Translations under genes and position numbers: made by a program | Shown here: piece by piece, positions 36,216-44,890 of the stretch | Layout of the letters: every line of letters begins with the position of its first letter | How positions within the stretch are numbered: position 1 is the first letter of the stretch | Source of the DNA: an uncultured Bordetella sp. | Lineage (GTDB): Bacteria; Pseudomonadota; Gammaproteobacteria; Burkholderiales; SG8-41 | Assembly: GCA_964433345.1 (NCBI GenBank) | Contig: CAYSQJ010000005.1 | Span: forward strand, 155,585-219,584 | Direction of reading: 5' to 3' | DNA: 64,000 nucleotides | The notes under the pieces: generated by a model | Told to the model about the DNA's origin: nothing | Database searches by the model: none | The model's input: the letters and a program-made list of their open reading frames with translations, nothing else

Positions 36216-37583
36216 TTACACCTGTTCGTAATTGAGCCGGAACATCTCCAGCGGAGTGTCCGGCTCGACGACATGGTTCATGTTGAAGCGGTAACTCGCG
36301 CCCTTGTCGATTTCGGCGGGCGAGTAGGGGAAGGCCACCGAGGTGATCAGTCCGGTCCACTCCGGCACCGGGTAATGCACGGCGATGTGGCTCAGGGATT
36401 TCGCCAATGAGTTGGCCAGCTTCTGCGTCGGCGCGGTGATCTGGAACAGCAGGCCGATCTCGTGGCCGATGCTCATGTCTGGCTCCAGCACGCCCATCGC
36501 GGCGTTACGGCCGAACTGGCGGATGTCGAGCCGGTACTGGCTGTCGATGGCCTCGCCCATCACCGCGCGGATGCGGTCGCGTGCCGCCTTGACCAGGTTT
36601 TCCAGCCAGTGGTCGAACTGGCGCAGGATGATCGGGTCGCGCACCGAGCCGAGCACGATGCTCTGGTAGCCGGCAAGCTCGGCGCCTTCCAGCTTGATGG
36701 TGTAGCGCTCGGCATGTTTGAAGCTGCTGCCGGAGACTTTCACCGCCCGGTCGGAGGCCGCTTCGTAACGGGCATTGACGGTATTCAACACGCCGGAGGG
36801 CTCGACCAGCTCGTACGGCGTAGAGTTTTCGTAGAGGTTGTGCGAGGCCACGCTGGCCGGGTCGCAGCGGTAATCCGGGTTCGGCGGCTCGATGATGAAA
36901 TGGTCATCGGTGACGATCGCGAAATTGCAGTCCGGATACTTGCGCAGCACCACGCTGGCGGCGCCGCATTCCATGATTTTCGCCATATGCCAGACCGTCG
37001 CCGGATTGAAGCCTTTCATCACCGGCATCGCCGCGAAGATCGAGGTGTCGCTGGAGCGTCCGGCGATGACCACGTCGGCGCCGTTCTGCAGCGCTTCGAT
37101 ATAGGGTTCGGCGCCGCACATGCCGACGATATGGCTGCTGCGGTCGATCACCGCCTCGTCAAAATGCGGTGCGTTGGCCAGCGACCTGATGCGGCCTTCC
37201 TTCAGCCGTTTTTTCAGGTAGCCGCGGTCCTGTTCGGAGTAGATGGTCGCCAGCTTGAAGCTCAGCTTCTCCTCGCTTGCGATTTCGCGGGCGATGCCGG
37301 CGAGGCGATCGACCTGGGCATCGGTACCCGCGGTCATCGCCGAACCGACCAGCACCGGAATTTTTGCCGCGCGTGCGGCCAGCAGTATCAGGCGGAGGTC
37401 GCGCTTGCAGGCGGCATCGGAAAACTGCGGCTCGCCGGATCCGAGATGGTGGGGACCTGGGTCGGTGGAACCGCAGTCGGCGCCGATGAAATCGGGCTTC
37501 AGGCCCATCGCCCGCTTCAGGGTCTCCTCGCGGAAACCCGAACCGAGGATGCCGGTTGCCGAGAGGACGCGGATTTCCTTCAT
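36216..37583 (-). CDS. AtuA-family (acyclic terpene utilisation, DUF1446) protein
   Basis: 455 aa; MKEIRVLSATGILGSGF...DFIGADCGSTDPGPHHLG. Confidence 0.75.
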   Translation of the reverse strand: MKEIRVLSATGILGSGFREETLKRAMGLKPDFIGADCGSTDPGPHHLGSGEPQFSDAACKRDLRLILLAARAAKIPVLVGSAMTAGTDAQVDRLAGIAREIASEEKLSFKLATIYSEQDRGYLKKRLKEGRIRSLANAPHFDEAVIDRSSHIVGMCGAEPYIEALQNGADVVIAGRSSDTSIFAAMPVMKGFNPATVWHMAKIMECGAASVVLRKYPDCNFAIVTDDHFIIEPPNPDYRCDPASVASHNLYENSTPYELVEPSGVLNTVNARYEAASDRAVKVSGSSFKHAERYTIKLEGAELAGYQSIVLGSVRDPIILRQFDHWLENLVKAARDRIRAVMGEAIDSQYRLDIRQFGRNAAMGVLEPDMSIGHEIGLLFQITAPTQKLANSLAKSLSHIAVHYPVPEWTGLITSVAFPYSPAEIDKGASYRFNMNHVVEPDTPLEMFRLNYEQV

Positions 37584-38491
37584 TGCAGCTCGATCGAATC
37601 AGCGACCGCCGGCCCGCGCACCGTGGTGCGGTAGAGCAGGCGCGGCAGCGGGTCGTAGTCAAAGGTGGCCTTGTGCTGGACGGCGATGTTGTCCCACATC
37701 AGCAGGTCGCCGGGCGTCCAGTGATGGGTGTAGATGAATTCGGGCTGGGTGATATGGTCGTAGAGCCAGCGCAGCAGGGTGTCGCCTTCCTCCCGCGGCA
37801 GGTCATGCATGTGCGAGGTGTGGCCCTCGTTGACGAACAGCCCCTTGCGTCCGGTCACCGGATGCACCCGCACCACGGGAGTTGCCATGTCGGGCACGCT
37901 GGCGAGCTGCTCCGGCGTCGGCGCGTGTTCCTGCACGGTGCGGATGCCGAGGCGCTCGTCTTCCTGCTGCGCGGCATAGTTCTTCAGCCGGTAGTCGCGG
38001 TAGCTGTGGATGTTCCTCAGCCCGGCGAGCCGCTGCTTCAGCTCGTCCGGCAGTGCCCTGTACGCGGCGGTCGTGCTGGCGAAATGGGTGTCGCCCAGCG
38101 GTTTGCCGTCCTTGACCGGAATCTCGACCGCATAGAGCGCGGACAGCAGGCTGGGCTCACGCTTGTAGGACAGGTCGCTGTGCCAGAAGCGGCCGGCATC
38201 CTGGGCGCCGATGGCCTTGCCCTGGGCATCCAGCTTGTTGGAGAGGATGAAGATTTCCGGATGGTCGCCAAGCCGGGCTTCCTTGCGCACATGGTGCTCG
38301 AGCACGCCGAAACGCCGGGTGAAGGCGATCTGCTGATCCGGCGTGAGCTTCTGGCCGGGGAATACGACCACCTCGTTGTCGAAAAAGGCCTGGCTGACCT
38401 GGGCAAAAGTGTCGTCGTCGAGAGGCTGCGAGAGGTCGACGCCGGTAATGGCGGCGCCGATGTGTTTGCCGAGCTTGGTGACGGTGATCAT
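37580..38491 (-). CDS. TauD/TfdA-family Fe(II)/2-oxoglutarate dioxygenase
   Basis: 626-aa ORF trimmed to MITVTKLGKHIGAAITGVDLSQPL; WHSDLSY (HxD), MWDNIAVQHKA; ATGA overlap with the AtuA gene. Confidence 0.8.
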   Translation of the reverse strand: MITVTKLGKHIGAAITGVDLSQPLDDDTFAQVSQAFFDNEVVVFPGQKLTPDQQIAFTRRFGVLEHHVRKEARLGDHPEIFILSNKLDAQGKAIGAQDAGRFWHSDLSYKREPSLLSALYAVEIPVKDGKPLGDTHFASTTAAYRALPDELKQRLAGLRNIHSYRDYRLKNYAAQQEDERLGIRTVQEHAPTPEQLASVPDMATPVVRVHPVTGRKGLFVNEGHTSHMHDLPREEGDTLLRWLYDHITQPEFIYTHHWTPGDLLMWDNIAVQHKATFDYDPLPRLLYRTTVRGPAVADSIELQ

Positions 38492-38650
38492 GATTCTTTC
38501 CGCTGTTGCACAAAATGGACCCATTGATGTTAGCAGCGCGGTCGCCCCCGATAAAGCGACATTCCATGTTGCGGATTGACGCGGGAATGACCCGAATCCG
38601 CGGCCTGTTAAAATCCGGCTTTGCCCACCCACTGAGGGAGTTGCAACACC

Positions 38651-39274
38651 ATGAAGCTTTACGGTTCGCTCACATCGCCCTACGTGCGCAAGGCGCGCGT
38701 GCTGATTCACGAAAAGAACATGCCGGTCGAACTCGTCATCGAGGATCCCTGGACCGAGGACAGCCCGATCATCGCCAAAAACCCGCTGTCCAAAGTGCCA
38801 GTGCTGGAAATCGGCCCCGACAGCTATATGTTCGAGTCGCAGCTGGTAGTGCATTACCTCGACCATGCCGACGGCAAATCCTTTACCCCGCGCGACCCCG
38901 CCGGCTACTGGCAGTCGCAGTGGTGGCAGGCACTGGGCAACGGCATCATTGATGCCGGCATCACCCGCGCTTTCGAGAACCGCCGCCCCGCGGAGCTGCA
39001 GATGGCGGAGAAAAAAGCGCGAGAAGAGCAGCGCATCGACCGCGCGATCGACCTTGCCGAGAAAACCCTGAAAGAGGGCAACGAATTCCTGCTCGGCAAC
39101 CGCTTCGGCCTTGCCGACATCGTGATGGGCGTGGCGCTGCAGTACACCGATTTCCGCTACCCCAACGACTGGCGCAGCCGCGCACCGAAGCTGGCGAAAT
39201 GGGCCGCCGGCGTGCATGCGCGACCGTCCTTCGTCGAGACCGTGCCGCCGGGGTTTGTGCCGCCTGCGGCCTGA
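38651..39274 (+). CDS. Glutathione S-transferase
   Basis: MKLYGSLTSPYVRKARVLIHEK..., KNPLSKVPVLE, ESQLVVHYL. Confidence 0.8.
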   Translation: MKLYGSLTSPYVRKARVLIHEKNMPVELVIEDPWTEDSPIIAKNPLSKVPVLEIGPDSYMFESQLVVHYLDHADGKSFTPRDPAGYWQSQWWQALGNGIIDAGITRAFENRRPAELQMAEKKAREEQRIDRAIDLAEKTLKEGNEFLLGNRFGLADIVMGVALQYTDFRYPNDWRSRAPKLAKWAAGVHARPSFVETVPPGFVPPAA

Positions 39275-39294
39275 GGTCAGGTCTGGTTTGAAAT

Positions 39295-39323
39295 AAAAAA
39301 GGGCGCTGCGGCGCCCTTTTTTG
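39295..39323 (+). terminator. Rho-independent terminator
   Basis: aaaaaagggcgc-tgcg-gcgccc followed by tttttt. Confidence 0.75.
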
Positions 39324-39348
39324 TTGTTGCAAGGTTTTATGATTTTTA

Positions 39349-39497
39349 CCCTCTCCCCGCAAGGCGGGGAGAGGGGAGGGTGAGGGGCAGCGCAAATGCT
39401 GGTTTTTGCCCTTCTGCTTCGTTCCAAGCGTTCCCCCTCACCCCAACCCTCTACCGTCAAGCGGCACCGAGGCCCCCACGAAGGCGTGGGGAGAGGG
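39349..39497. repeat. REP pair (tail-in); second unit has an expanded loop
   Basis: Inverted unit 39349-39387, forward degenerate unit 39433-39497. Confidence 0.8.
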
Positions 39498-39517
39498 AGT
39501 TGTGATGTTTCGTTGTT

Positions 39518-41017
39518 CTATCTCAACACGAACGGATTCGGCACTTCCGTCGCCGTCGAAATCCACACGCTCTTGGTCTGCAGGTATTCGTAGATCATGT
39601 CCTGCCCGCTTTCGCGGCCGATGCCCGAGCGCTTGTAGCCGCCGAAGGGCGACATGAAGGACACCGCGCGATAGGTATTGACCCAGACCGTTCCGGCCTG
39701 CAGCTTCTCGCTCATCAGGAAGGCGCGGCGCATGTCCTGGGTCCACACGCCGGCTGCCAGTCCGTAGACCACGTCATTGCCGATGGCGATGGCTTCCTCC
39801 TCGTCCTCGAAGGGAATCACCGACAGCACGGGCCCGAACACTTCCTCCTGCGCGATGCGCATCGCGTTGTCCACACCGGTGAAAATTGTCGGCTCGACGA
39901 ACCAGCCGCTGCCGCATTCTGGCCGATTGGCCGGACCGCCGCCGAGCACGGTTGCGGCGCCTTCCTTTTTGGCGACGTCGATGTAGTGCAGGATTTTTTC
40001 GTACTGCGGCGCGTTGGTGACCGGGCCGACCTGGGTTGTCGGTTCCATCGGATTGCCCATTTTCGCGGTCTTCGCCAGCGCCACCAGCTTGTCGACGAAC
40101 TGGTCGTGGATCGAACGCTGCACCAGCAGGCGCGAGCCGGCGATGCAGGTCTGCCCTGTGGCGGCGAAAATGCCGGAGATCACGCCCTTCACCGCGTTGT
40201 CGATCTGCGCGTCATCAAAGACGATGTTCGGCGACTTTCCGCCGAGTTCCATCGTGACGCGTTTGAGGTTTTTTGCCGCCGCCTCGTAGATGCGCTGCCC
40301 GGTGGCGTCCGAGCCGGTGAAGGCGACCTTGGCCACCTTCGGATGTTCGACCAGCGGTGTACCGGCCTCAGCGCCGAAGCCGGTCACCACGTTGACCACG
40401 CCCGGCGGGAAACCGGCCTGCTCGATCAGCTTCATGAATTCCAGCGCCGAGGCGGAGGTGTATTCAGAAGGCTTGATCACCACAGTGTTGCCGGCTGCCA
40501 GCGCAGGGGCGAGTTTCCAGGCCAGCAGCAGCAGCGGCGAATTCCAGGGAATGATCATTGCCACCACGCCCAGCGGCTCGTAACGCGTGTAGTTGAAAGT
40601 GTCGGGCTTGTCGATCGGGATCACCGCACCTTCGATCTTGTCGGCGAGCCCACCGAAGTAGTAGTACCACTGTGCCATGTAGGCGGTTTGCGCGCTCATC
40701 TCCGCCCACAGCTTGCCGTTGTCGCGCACTTCGGTCTCCGCCAAAGACTTCGAGTGTTCGGTGATCAGGTCGCCGAGTTTGCGCAGCAGCGCACCGCGTT
40801 TGGTCGCGTTGCATTTCGGCCATTCACCGGTGGTCAGCGCCTGGTGTGCGGCTTCCACTGCGCGCTCGACGTCAGCCTTGCCCGCGCGCGGAATTAGCGC
40901 CCAGGGCTGGGCGGTGTACGGGTTGTCGGTGGGAAAGGTGTCGCCGGAGGCGGCATCGACCCATTCGCCGCCGATGAACATTTTGTATTGCTTCAGGGTT
41001 TTGGGGCTATCGACCAT
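39518..41017 (-). CDS. NAD(P)-dependent aldehyde dehydrogenase
   Basis: MVDSPKTLKQYKMFIGGEWVDA; ELGGKSPNIVF, GQTCIAGSR catalytic Cys, EEVFGPV. Confidence 0.9.
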   Translation of the reverse strand: MVDSPKTLKQYKMFIGGEWVDAASGDTFPTDNPYTAQPWALIPRAGKADVERAVEAAHQALTTGEWPKCNATKRGALLRKLGDLITEHSKSLAETEVRDNGKLWAEMSAQTAYMAQWYYYFGGLADKIEGAVIPIDKPDTFNYTRYEPLGVVAMIIPWNSPLLLLAWKLAPALAAGNTVVIKPSEYTSASALEFMKLIEQAGFPPGVVNVVTGFGAEAGTPLVEHPKVAKVAFTGSDATGQRIYEAAAKNLKRVTMELGGKSPNIVFDDAQIDNAVKGVISGIFAATGQTCIAGSRLLVQRSIHDQFVDKLVALAKTAKMGNPMEPTTQVGPVTNAPQYEKILHYIDVAKKEGAATVLGGGPANRPECGSGWFVEPTIFTGVDNAMRIAQEEVFGPVLSVIPFEDEEEAIAIGNDVVYGLAAGVWTQDMRRAFLMSEKLQAGTVWVNTYRAVSFMSPFGGYKRSGIGRESGQDMIYEYLQTKSVWISTATEVPNPFVLR

Positions 41018-41038
41018 CACGATTCACTTTCAAGGGTT

Positions 41039-41431
41039 CTAACTCCCTCTCCCCGTAGTCTTACGGGGAGAGGGTTGGGGTGAGGGGCTGCCAAGAGTCT
41101 CAAAAATAACCTGCATCACACTGTCCGTTTTCAACAACACATCATCATCCCAAAACCGCAACACCCGATACCCCGACTGTTCCAGAAACGCCGTGCGCTT
41201 CGCATCGTAGTCCTGTTGTTGCTGATGCTGGCCGCCATCGAGTTCGATGACCAGTTTTTCATTTATGCAAATAAAATCAACAACATACGGACCTACCGGG
41301 TGCTGGCGCCTGAATTTGGCACCGTTCAGACTCTTGCTGCGCAGTTGCTGCCAGATTTTGCGTTCGGCATCGGTTTCGGATTTTCTGAGTTTGCGGGCGA
41401 AGGTTTTGCCGCGCTGGGTATTGCCCTTCAA
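41039..41431 (-). CDS. DUF559 (Vsr/restriction-endonuclease-like) domain protein; both ends abut REP units
   Basis: ARKLRKSETDAERKIWQQLRSK...FRRQHPVGPYVVDFICINEKLVIELDGGQH...RVLRFWDDDV; TTG start; last 16 codons (SPSPQPSPRKTTGRGS) are REP sequence. Confidence 0.7.
   Translation of the reverse strand: MKGNTQRGKTFARKLRKSETDAERKIWQQLRSKSLNGAKFRRQHPVGPYVVDFICINEKLVIELDGGQHQQQQDYDAKRTAFLEQSGYRVLRFWDDDVLLKTDSVMQVIFETLGSPSPQPSPRKTTGRGS
41045..41087. repeat. REP unit (inverted orientation) forming the 3' end of the DUF559 ORF
   Basis: ccctctccccgtagtcttacggggagagggttggggtgagggg. Confidence 0.85.
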
Positions 41432-41437
41432 AGGTTG

Positions 41438-41569
41438 CCCCTCACCCTAGCCCTCTCCCCGCGAGTCCGCGGGGAGAGGGGACTGGCTATTGGCAACTTC
41501 ATGACCATTTCCGAAGACCTATATTCCCTCTCCCCAAATGCTTTTGGGGAGAGGGTTAGGGTGAGGGGG
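41438..41569. repeat. REP pair (tail-out) immediately upstream of the DUF559 start
   Basis: Forward unit 41438-41481, inverted unit 41526-41569. Confidence 0.85.
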
Positions 41570-41584
41570 AATCACCACAACGTG

Positions 41585-42187
41585 TTATTCCAATGCGTTA
41601 GAACCCAGCAACGCCGTCCGAAACCGGTACTTAATCGCCGTCCCATCCCGCAGCGGCAAGCGCATTGGGGCCGGATCGGCAGACACCTTGATGTCGGCGA
41701 ACACCGGGCCGGTCTTGCCATGGCATTCCGGTAGCCAGCGCTGCAGGCCTGTCATGCTGTCGATCGGGGTGGCCGACTTGAAGCCCGCACCCTTGGCAAT
41801 TCCGACCAGATCAACGCCGCGCGCGGTGTGTGCACGCTGCATGCCGGTTTCGCCGTAGTGGCCGTTGTTGATGACGGCGATCACGAGGTTCTTCGGTGCT
41901 TCGCAGGCGATGGTGGCGAGCGAACCGATGCCCATCAGCATCTCGCCGTCGCCGGTGATCACCAGCACGCGGCGCTTCGGCTGCGCCAGCGCGAGTCCGA
42001 GGCCGGCCATCGCCGCGCCGCCCATCGCGCCCCAGAGATAGAAATTCAGATCGTGGTCACCCGCGGCATAGGTGTCGTAGGTCGGCGAGCCGAGGCCGGT
42101 GACGACCAGCGCGTCGCCACGGTCTGCGAGCAGGGCGGCGACGACCTTGCGGCGGTCGAGTCCGGAGGGGTTTGAAGTTTTTTTCAT
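41585..42187 (-). CDS. TPP-dependent decarboxylase, beta (PP-domain) subunit, second copy
   Basis: 200 aa; LVITGDGEMLMGIGSLATI...VINNGHYGETG. Confidence 0.75.
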   Translation of the reverse strand: MKKTSNPSGLDRRKVVAALLADRGDALVVTGLGSPTYDTYAAGDHDLNFYLWGAMGGAAMAGLGLALAQPKRRVLVITGDGEMLMGIGSLATIACEAPKNLVIAVINNGHYGETGMQRAHTARGVDLVGIAKGAGFKSATPIDSMTGLQRWLPECHGKTGPVFADIKVSADPAPMRLPLRDGTAIKYRFRTALLGSNALE

Positions 42188-42223
42188 TTTGAGATCCTGA
42201 GCATATTGATCAGCAGTGGTTAC

Positions 42224-42348
42224 CCCTCACCCTAACCCTCTCCCCATCAAGCGATGGGGAGAGGGAATGAATAACCACGCCCCCTCTCCCCACGGACTCG
42301 TGGGGAGACAAGGGCACACTTGAAGCGAAGCAGGGTTGGGGTGAGGGG
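42224..42348. repeat. REP pair (tail-out) separating the beta and alpha decarboxylase genes
   Basis: Forward unit 42224-42265; inverted unit 42282-42348, interrupted by about 20 nt. Confidence 0.8.
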
Positions 42349-42375
42349 CTGCGAAATCGCATCAAAAATATCGCT

Positions 42376-42912
42376 TCATTTATTCCAGTTTTTAAATCCG
42401 ATGACGCGCTGCTGGATCAGCACCGCGACCGGGCGTTGGGTGTTGAAGGCGAGGGCGGCGGAGGCATGGACGGTGTCCCGGACATCCTCGGCGCGATCGG
42501 CCGAATGCACGATCACGCCGGCGTTCTCCAGTGCCGCGGCAGTGCTGCCACCCATCGGCACCTGCCAGGGATTGAATTCGCCCCAGACGCCGCGCATGGT
42601 GACGATCATCAACAGCGGCAGACGGCATTCTTCATACATGGAGAGCATGTTGATGCAGTTGCCGACGCCGCTCGATTGCATCAGCAGCACGCCCTTCGCG
42701 CCGCCCATCCACGCGCCGGCGAGCATGGCCACGCCTTCCTCCTCGGTGGTCAGCGACACCGCGCGCATGGTCTTGTCGGCATGGCAGCGGTTGATCAGTT
42801 TGGCGTGGCCGGCGTCCGGGACATAGGCCACCTGGGTCACGCCGGCGTCTTTCAACACCTCGTAAATCTGGTCCGGCCACAGGGTGGCGCGGGTCTGTTG
42901 GTCGGTCTGCAC
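42376..42912 (-). CDS. TPP-dependent decarboxylase, alpha (PYR-domain) subunit, second copy
   Basis: GTG start 42912 preceded by AGGAGG; ...VAYVPDAGHAKLI..., TTEEEGVAMLAGAW, LLMQSSGVGNCIN. Confidence 0.7.
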   Translation of the reverse strand: MQTDQQTRATLWPDQIYEVLKDAGVTQVAYVPDAGHAKLINRCHADKTMRAVSLTTEEEGVAMLAGAWMGGAKGVLLMQSSGVGNCINMLSMYEECRLPLLMIVTMRGVWGEFNPWQVPMGGSTAAALENAGVIVHSADRAEDVRDTVHASAALAFNTQRPVAVLIQQRVIGFKNWNK

Positions 42913-43042
42913 GATTCCTCCTGTCTGCGGGACTGTCAGTGTAGAACGATTGCCGGCGCTATCCAATGCGCAGGCGGCGGGAGTCCATCCTTTATAATCA
43001 GACGTGAATTCCGGCGTTTCTCGGCCACTTCCCAGTTTGGTT

Positions 43043-43149
43043 CCCTCTCCCCATCACTTGATGGGGAGAGGGGCAGGGTGAGGGGCGGTGGAGATGCCTG
43101 TCGTTGCCCCTCACCCCAACCCTCTCCCCGTAGGTCTACGGGGAGAGGG
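43043..43149. repeat. REP pair (tail-in)
   Basis: Inverted unit 43043-43085, forward unit 43107-43149. Confidence 0.85.
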
Positions 43150-43211
43150 AGTTTGTTGATGTTAGGTGAAGAAGCTCCCATTTTCGTGATAACAGACGTT
43201 CAGGCAAACCC

Positions 43212-44378
43212 ATGCTCTCCATCCCTCAAACCACCGACCATGACGACCTGCGCGACGGCGTGCGCGCCGTGTGCAACCAGTTCGACAATGCCTACTGGCA
43301 GCAGATCGACGAAGCGCGCGGTTACCCCGAAGCCTTCGTCAAGGCGCTGACCGAAGCCGGCTGGCTGTCGGCGCTGATTCCCGAGGAATACGGCGGCTCG
43401 GGCCTGAGCCTGACCGAAGCCTCGATCATCATGGAAGAGATCAACCGCAGCGGTGGCAACTCCGGCGCCTGCCACGGCCAGATGTACAACATGGGCACGC
43501 TGCTGCGCCACGGATCCGACGCGCAGAAGAAAAAATACCTGCCGAAAATCGCCACCGGCGAACTGCGGCTGCAGTCGATGGGCGTGACCGAGCCCACCGC
43601 CGGCACCGACACCACCAAGATCAAGACCGTCGCCGTCAAAAAAGGCGACAAGTACGTCGTCAACGGCCAGAAGGTGTGGATCTCGCGCATCCAGCACTCC
43701 GAACTGATGATCCTGCTCGCGCGCACCACGCCGCTCGACCAGGTCAAGAAAAAATCCGAAGGCATGTCGATTTTCATCGTCGACCTGCGCGAAGCGATCG
43801 GCAAGGGCCTGGAGGTGAAGCCGATCCGCAACATGGTGAACCACGAAACGAATCAGCTCTTCATCGACAACCTCGAAGTGCCGGCCGAGAACCTGATCGG
43901 CGAGGAGGGCAAGGGTTTCAAATACATCCTCGACGGCCTCAACGCCGAGCGCATCCTGATCGCCGCCGAATGCATCGGTGACGGCTACTGGTTCATCGAC
44001 CGCGCGAAGAACTACGCCAAAGAACGCGTCGTCTTCGACCGCCCCATCGGCCAGAACCAGGGCGTGCAGTTCCCGATTGCAAAAGCCTACGTCAACATTG
44101 AAGCCGCCAACCTGATGCGCTACAAGGCCGCCGCGCTGTTCGACGCCAAACAACCCTGCGGGGCAGAAGCCAATATGGCCAAGCTGCTCGCTGCGGATTC
44201 ATCCTGGGAAGCGGCCAACGCCTGCCTGCAGACCCACGGCGGCTTCGGTTTCGCCGCGGAATACGATGTCGAGCGCAAGTTCCGAGAGACGCGGCTGTAT
44301 CAGGTGGCGCCGATTTCGACCAATCTGATCCTGTCGTATGTGGGGGAGCATATTCTCGGGATGCCGAGGTCGTTCTGA
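43212..44378 (+). CDS. Acyl-CoA dehydrogenase
   Basis: 388 aa; MGVTEPTAGTDT, YVVNGQKVWISR, LQTHGGFGFAAEYDVERKFRETRL. Confidence 0.85.
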   Translation: MLSIPQTTDHDDLRDGVRAVCNQFDNAYWQQIDEARGYPEAFVKALTEAGWLSALIPEEYGGSGLSLTEASIIMEEINRSGGNSGACHGQMYNMGTLLRHGSDAQKKKYLPKIATGELRLQSMGVTEPTAGTDTTKIKTVAVKKGDKYVVNGQKVWISRIQHSELMILLARTTPLDQVKKKSEGMSIFIVDLREAIGKGLEVKPIRNMVNHETNQLFIDNLEVPAENLIGEEGKGFKYILDGLNAERILIAAECIGDGYWFIDRAKNYAKERVVFDRPIGQNQGVQFPIAKAYVNIEAANLMRYKAAALFDAKQPCGAEANMAKLLAADSSWEAANACLQTHGGFGFAAEYDVERKFRETRLYQVAPISTNLILSYVGEHILGMPRSF

Positions 44379-44390
44379 TGATTGGGATCG

Positions 44391-44750
44391 ATGATGATTG
44401 ATCAAAAGCGAGTCATCATCATCGCGGGGCCGAATGGTGCGGGCAAAACGACGTTTGCGCGCGAGTTTCTGCCGAACGAAGCGGATTGTCCGGTATTCAT
44501 CAATGCCGATCTGATTGCGGCCGGACTGGCGCCTTTCTCCCCTTAATCTGTGGCGGTGCGTGCTGGCCGGCTGATGCTGGAAGAGATTCAGAAACACTTT
44601 CTGGCAGGGGAAAGTTTTGCTTTTGAGACTACGTTGGCCGGGCGCGGTTATCTGCGCCATATTCGCCAGTGGCAAGCCGCTGGTTACCGTGTGACCTTGT
44701 TATTTTTGCGTCTGAACAATCCAGAACAGGCCGCCGTTGAGCAAGCCTGA
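44391..44750 (+). pseudogene. Zeta-toxin-like P-loop kinase/AAA-family gene, frameshifted and 3'-truncated
   Basis: Frame 1 [28 protein letters not shown]...GLAPFSP stops at TAA 44544-44546. It continues in another frame from 44550 (VAVRAGRLMLEEIQ...TLLFLRLNNPEQA) and ends far short of the family's usual length (from memory about 190-200 aa). Confidence 0.65.
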
Positions 44751-44788
44751 GCGATCCGTCACTGGTCTGGAGAGGTGATGACTTGGTG

Positions 44789-44816
44789 CTTAAAAATGTA
44801 ATAAAAACAATTACTT
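44789..44816 (-). promoter_or_regulatory. AT-rich recurrent element (IHF-site-like), copy 5, inverted
   Basis: cttaaaaatgtaataaaaacaattactt; perfect 15/15 core. Confidence 0.6.
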
Positions 44817-44890
44817 ATAATTAATCCACTATCCCCGGGCGGTTGCTGATCTTGTTTTACTCAATACATTGAGTAAAAATACTCAACGTA

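Noticed and set aside
37580-39460. 626-aa minus-strand ORF
   Set aside because: Upstream of Met 38491 it runs antisense through the GST gene, a terminator and REP units. Only the TauD-like 303 aa were kept.
42936-43181. Short ORFs such as 42936..43181, 35714..35959, 41247..41450, 10437..10772 and 6797..7048
   Set aside because: They are encoded entirely or largely by REP or palindromic repeat sequence (for example the PLTLPLSPSSDGER-type peptide of 42936..43181). They are repeat-derived artefacts.
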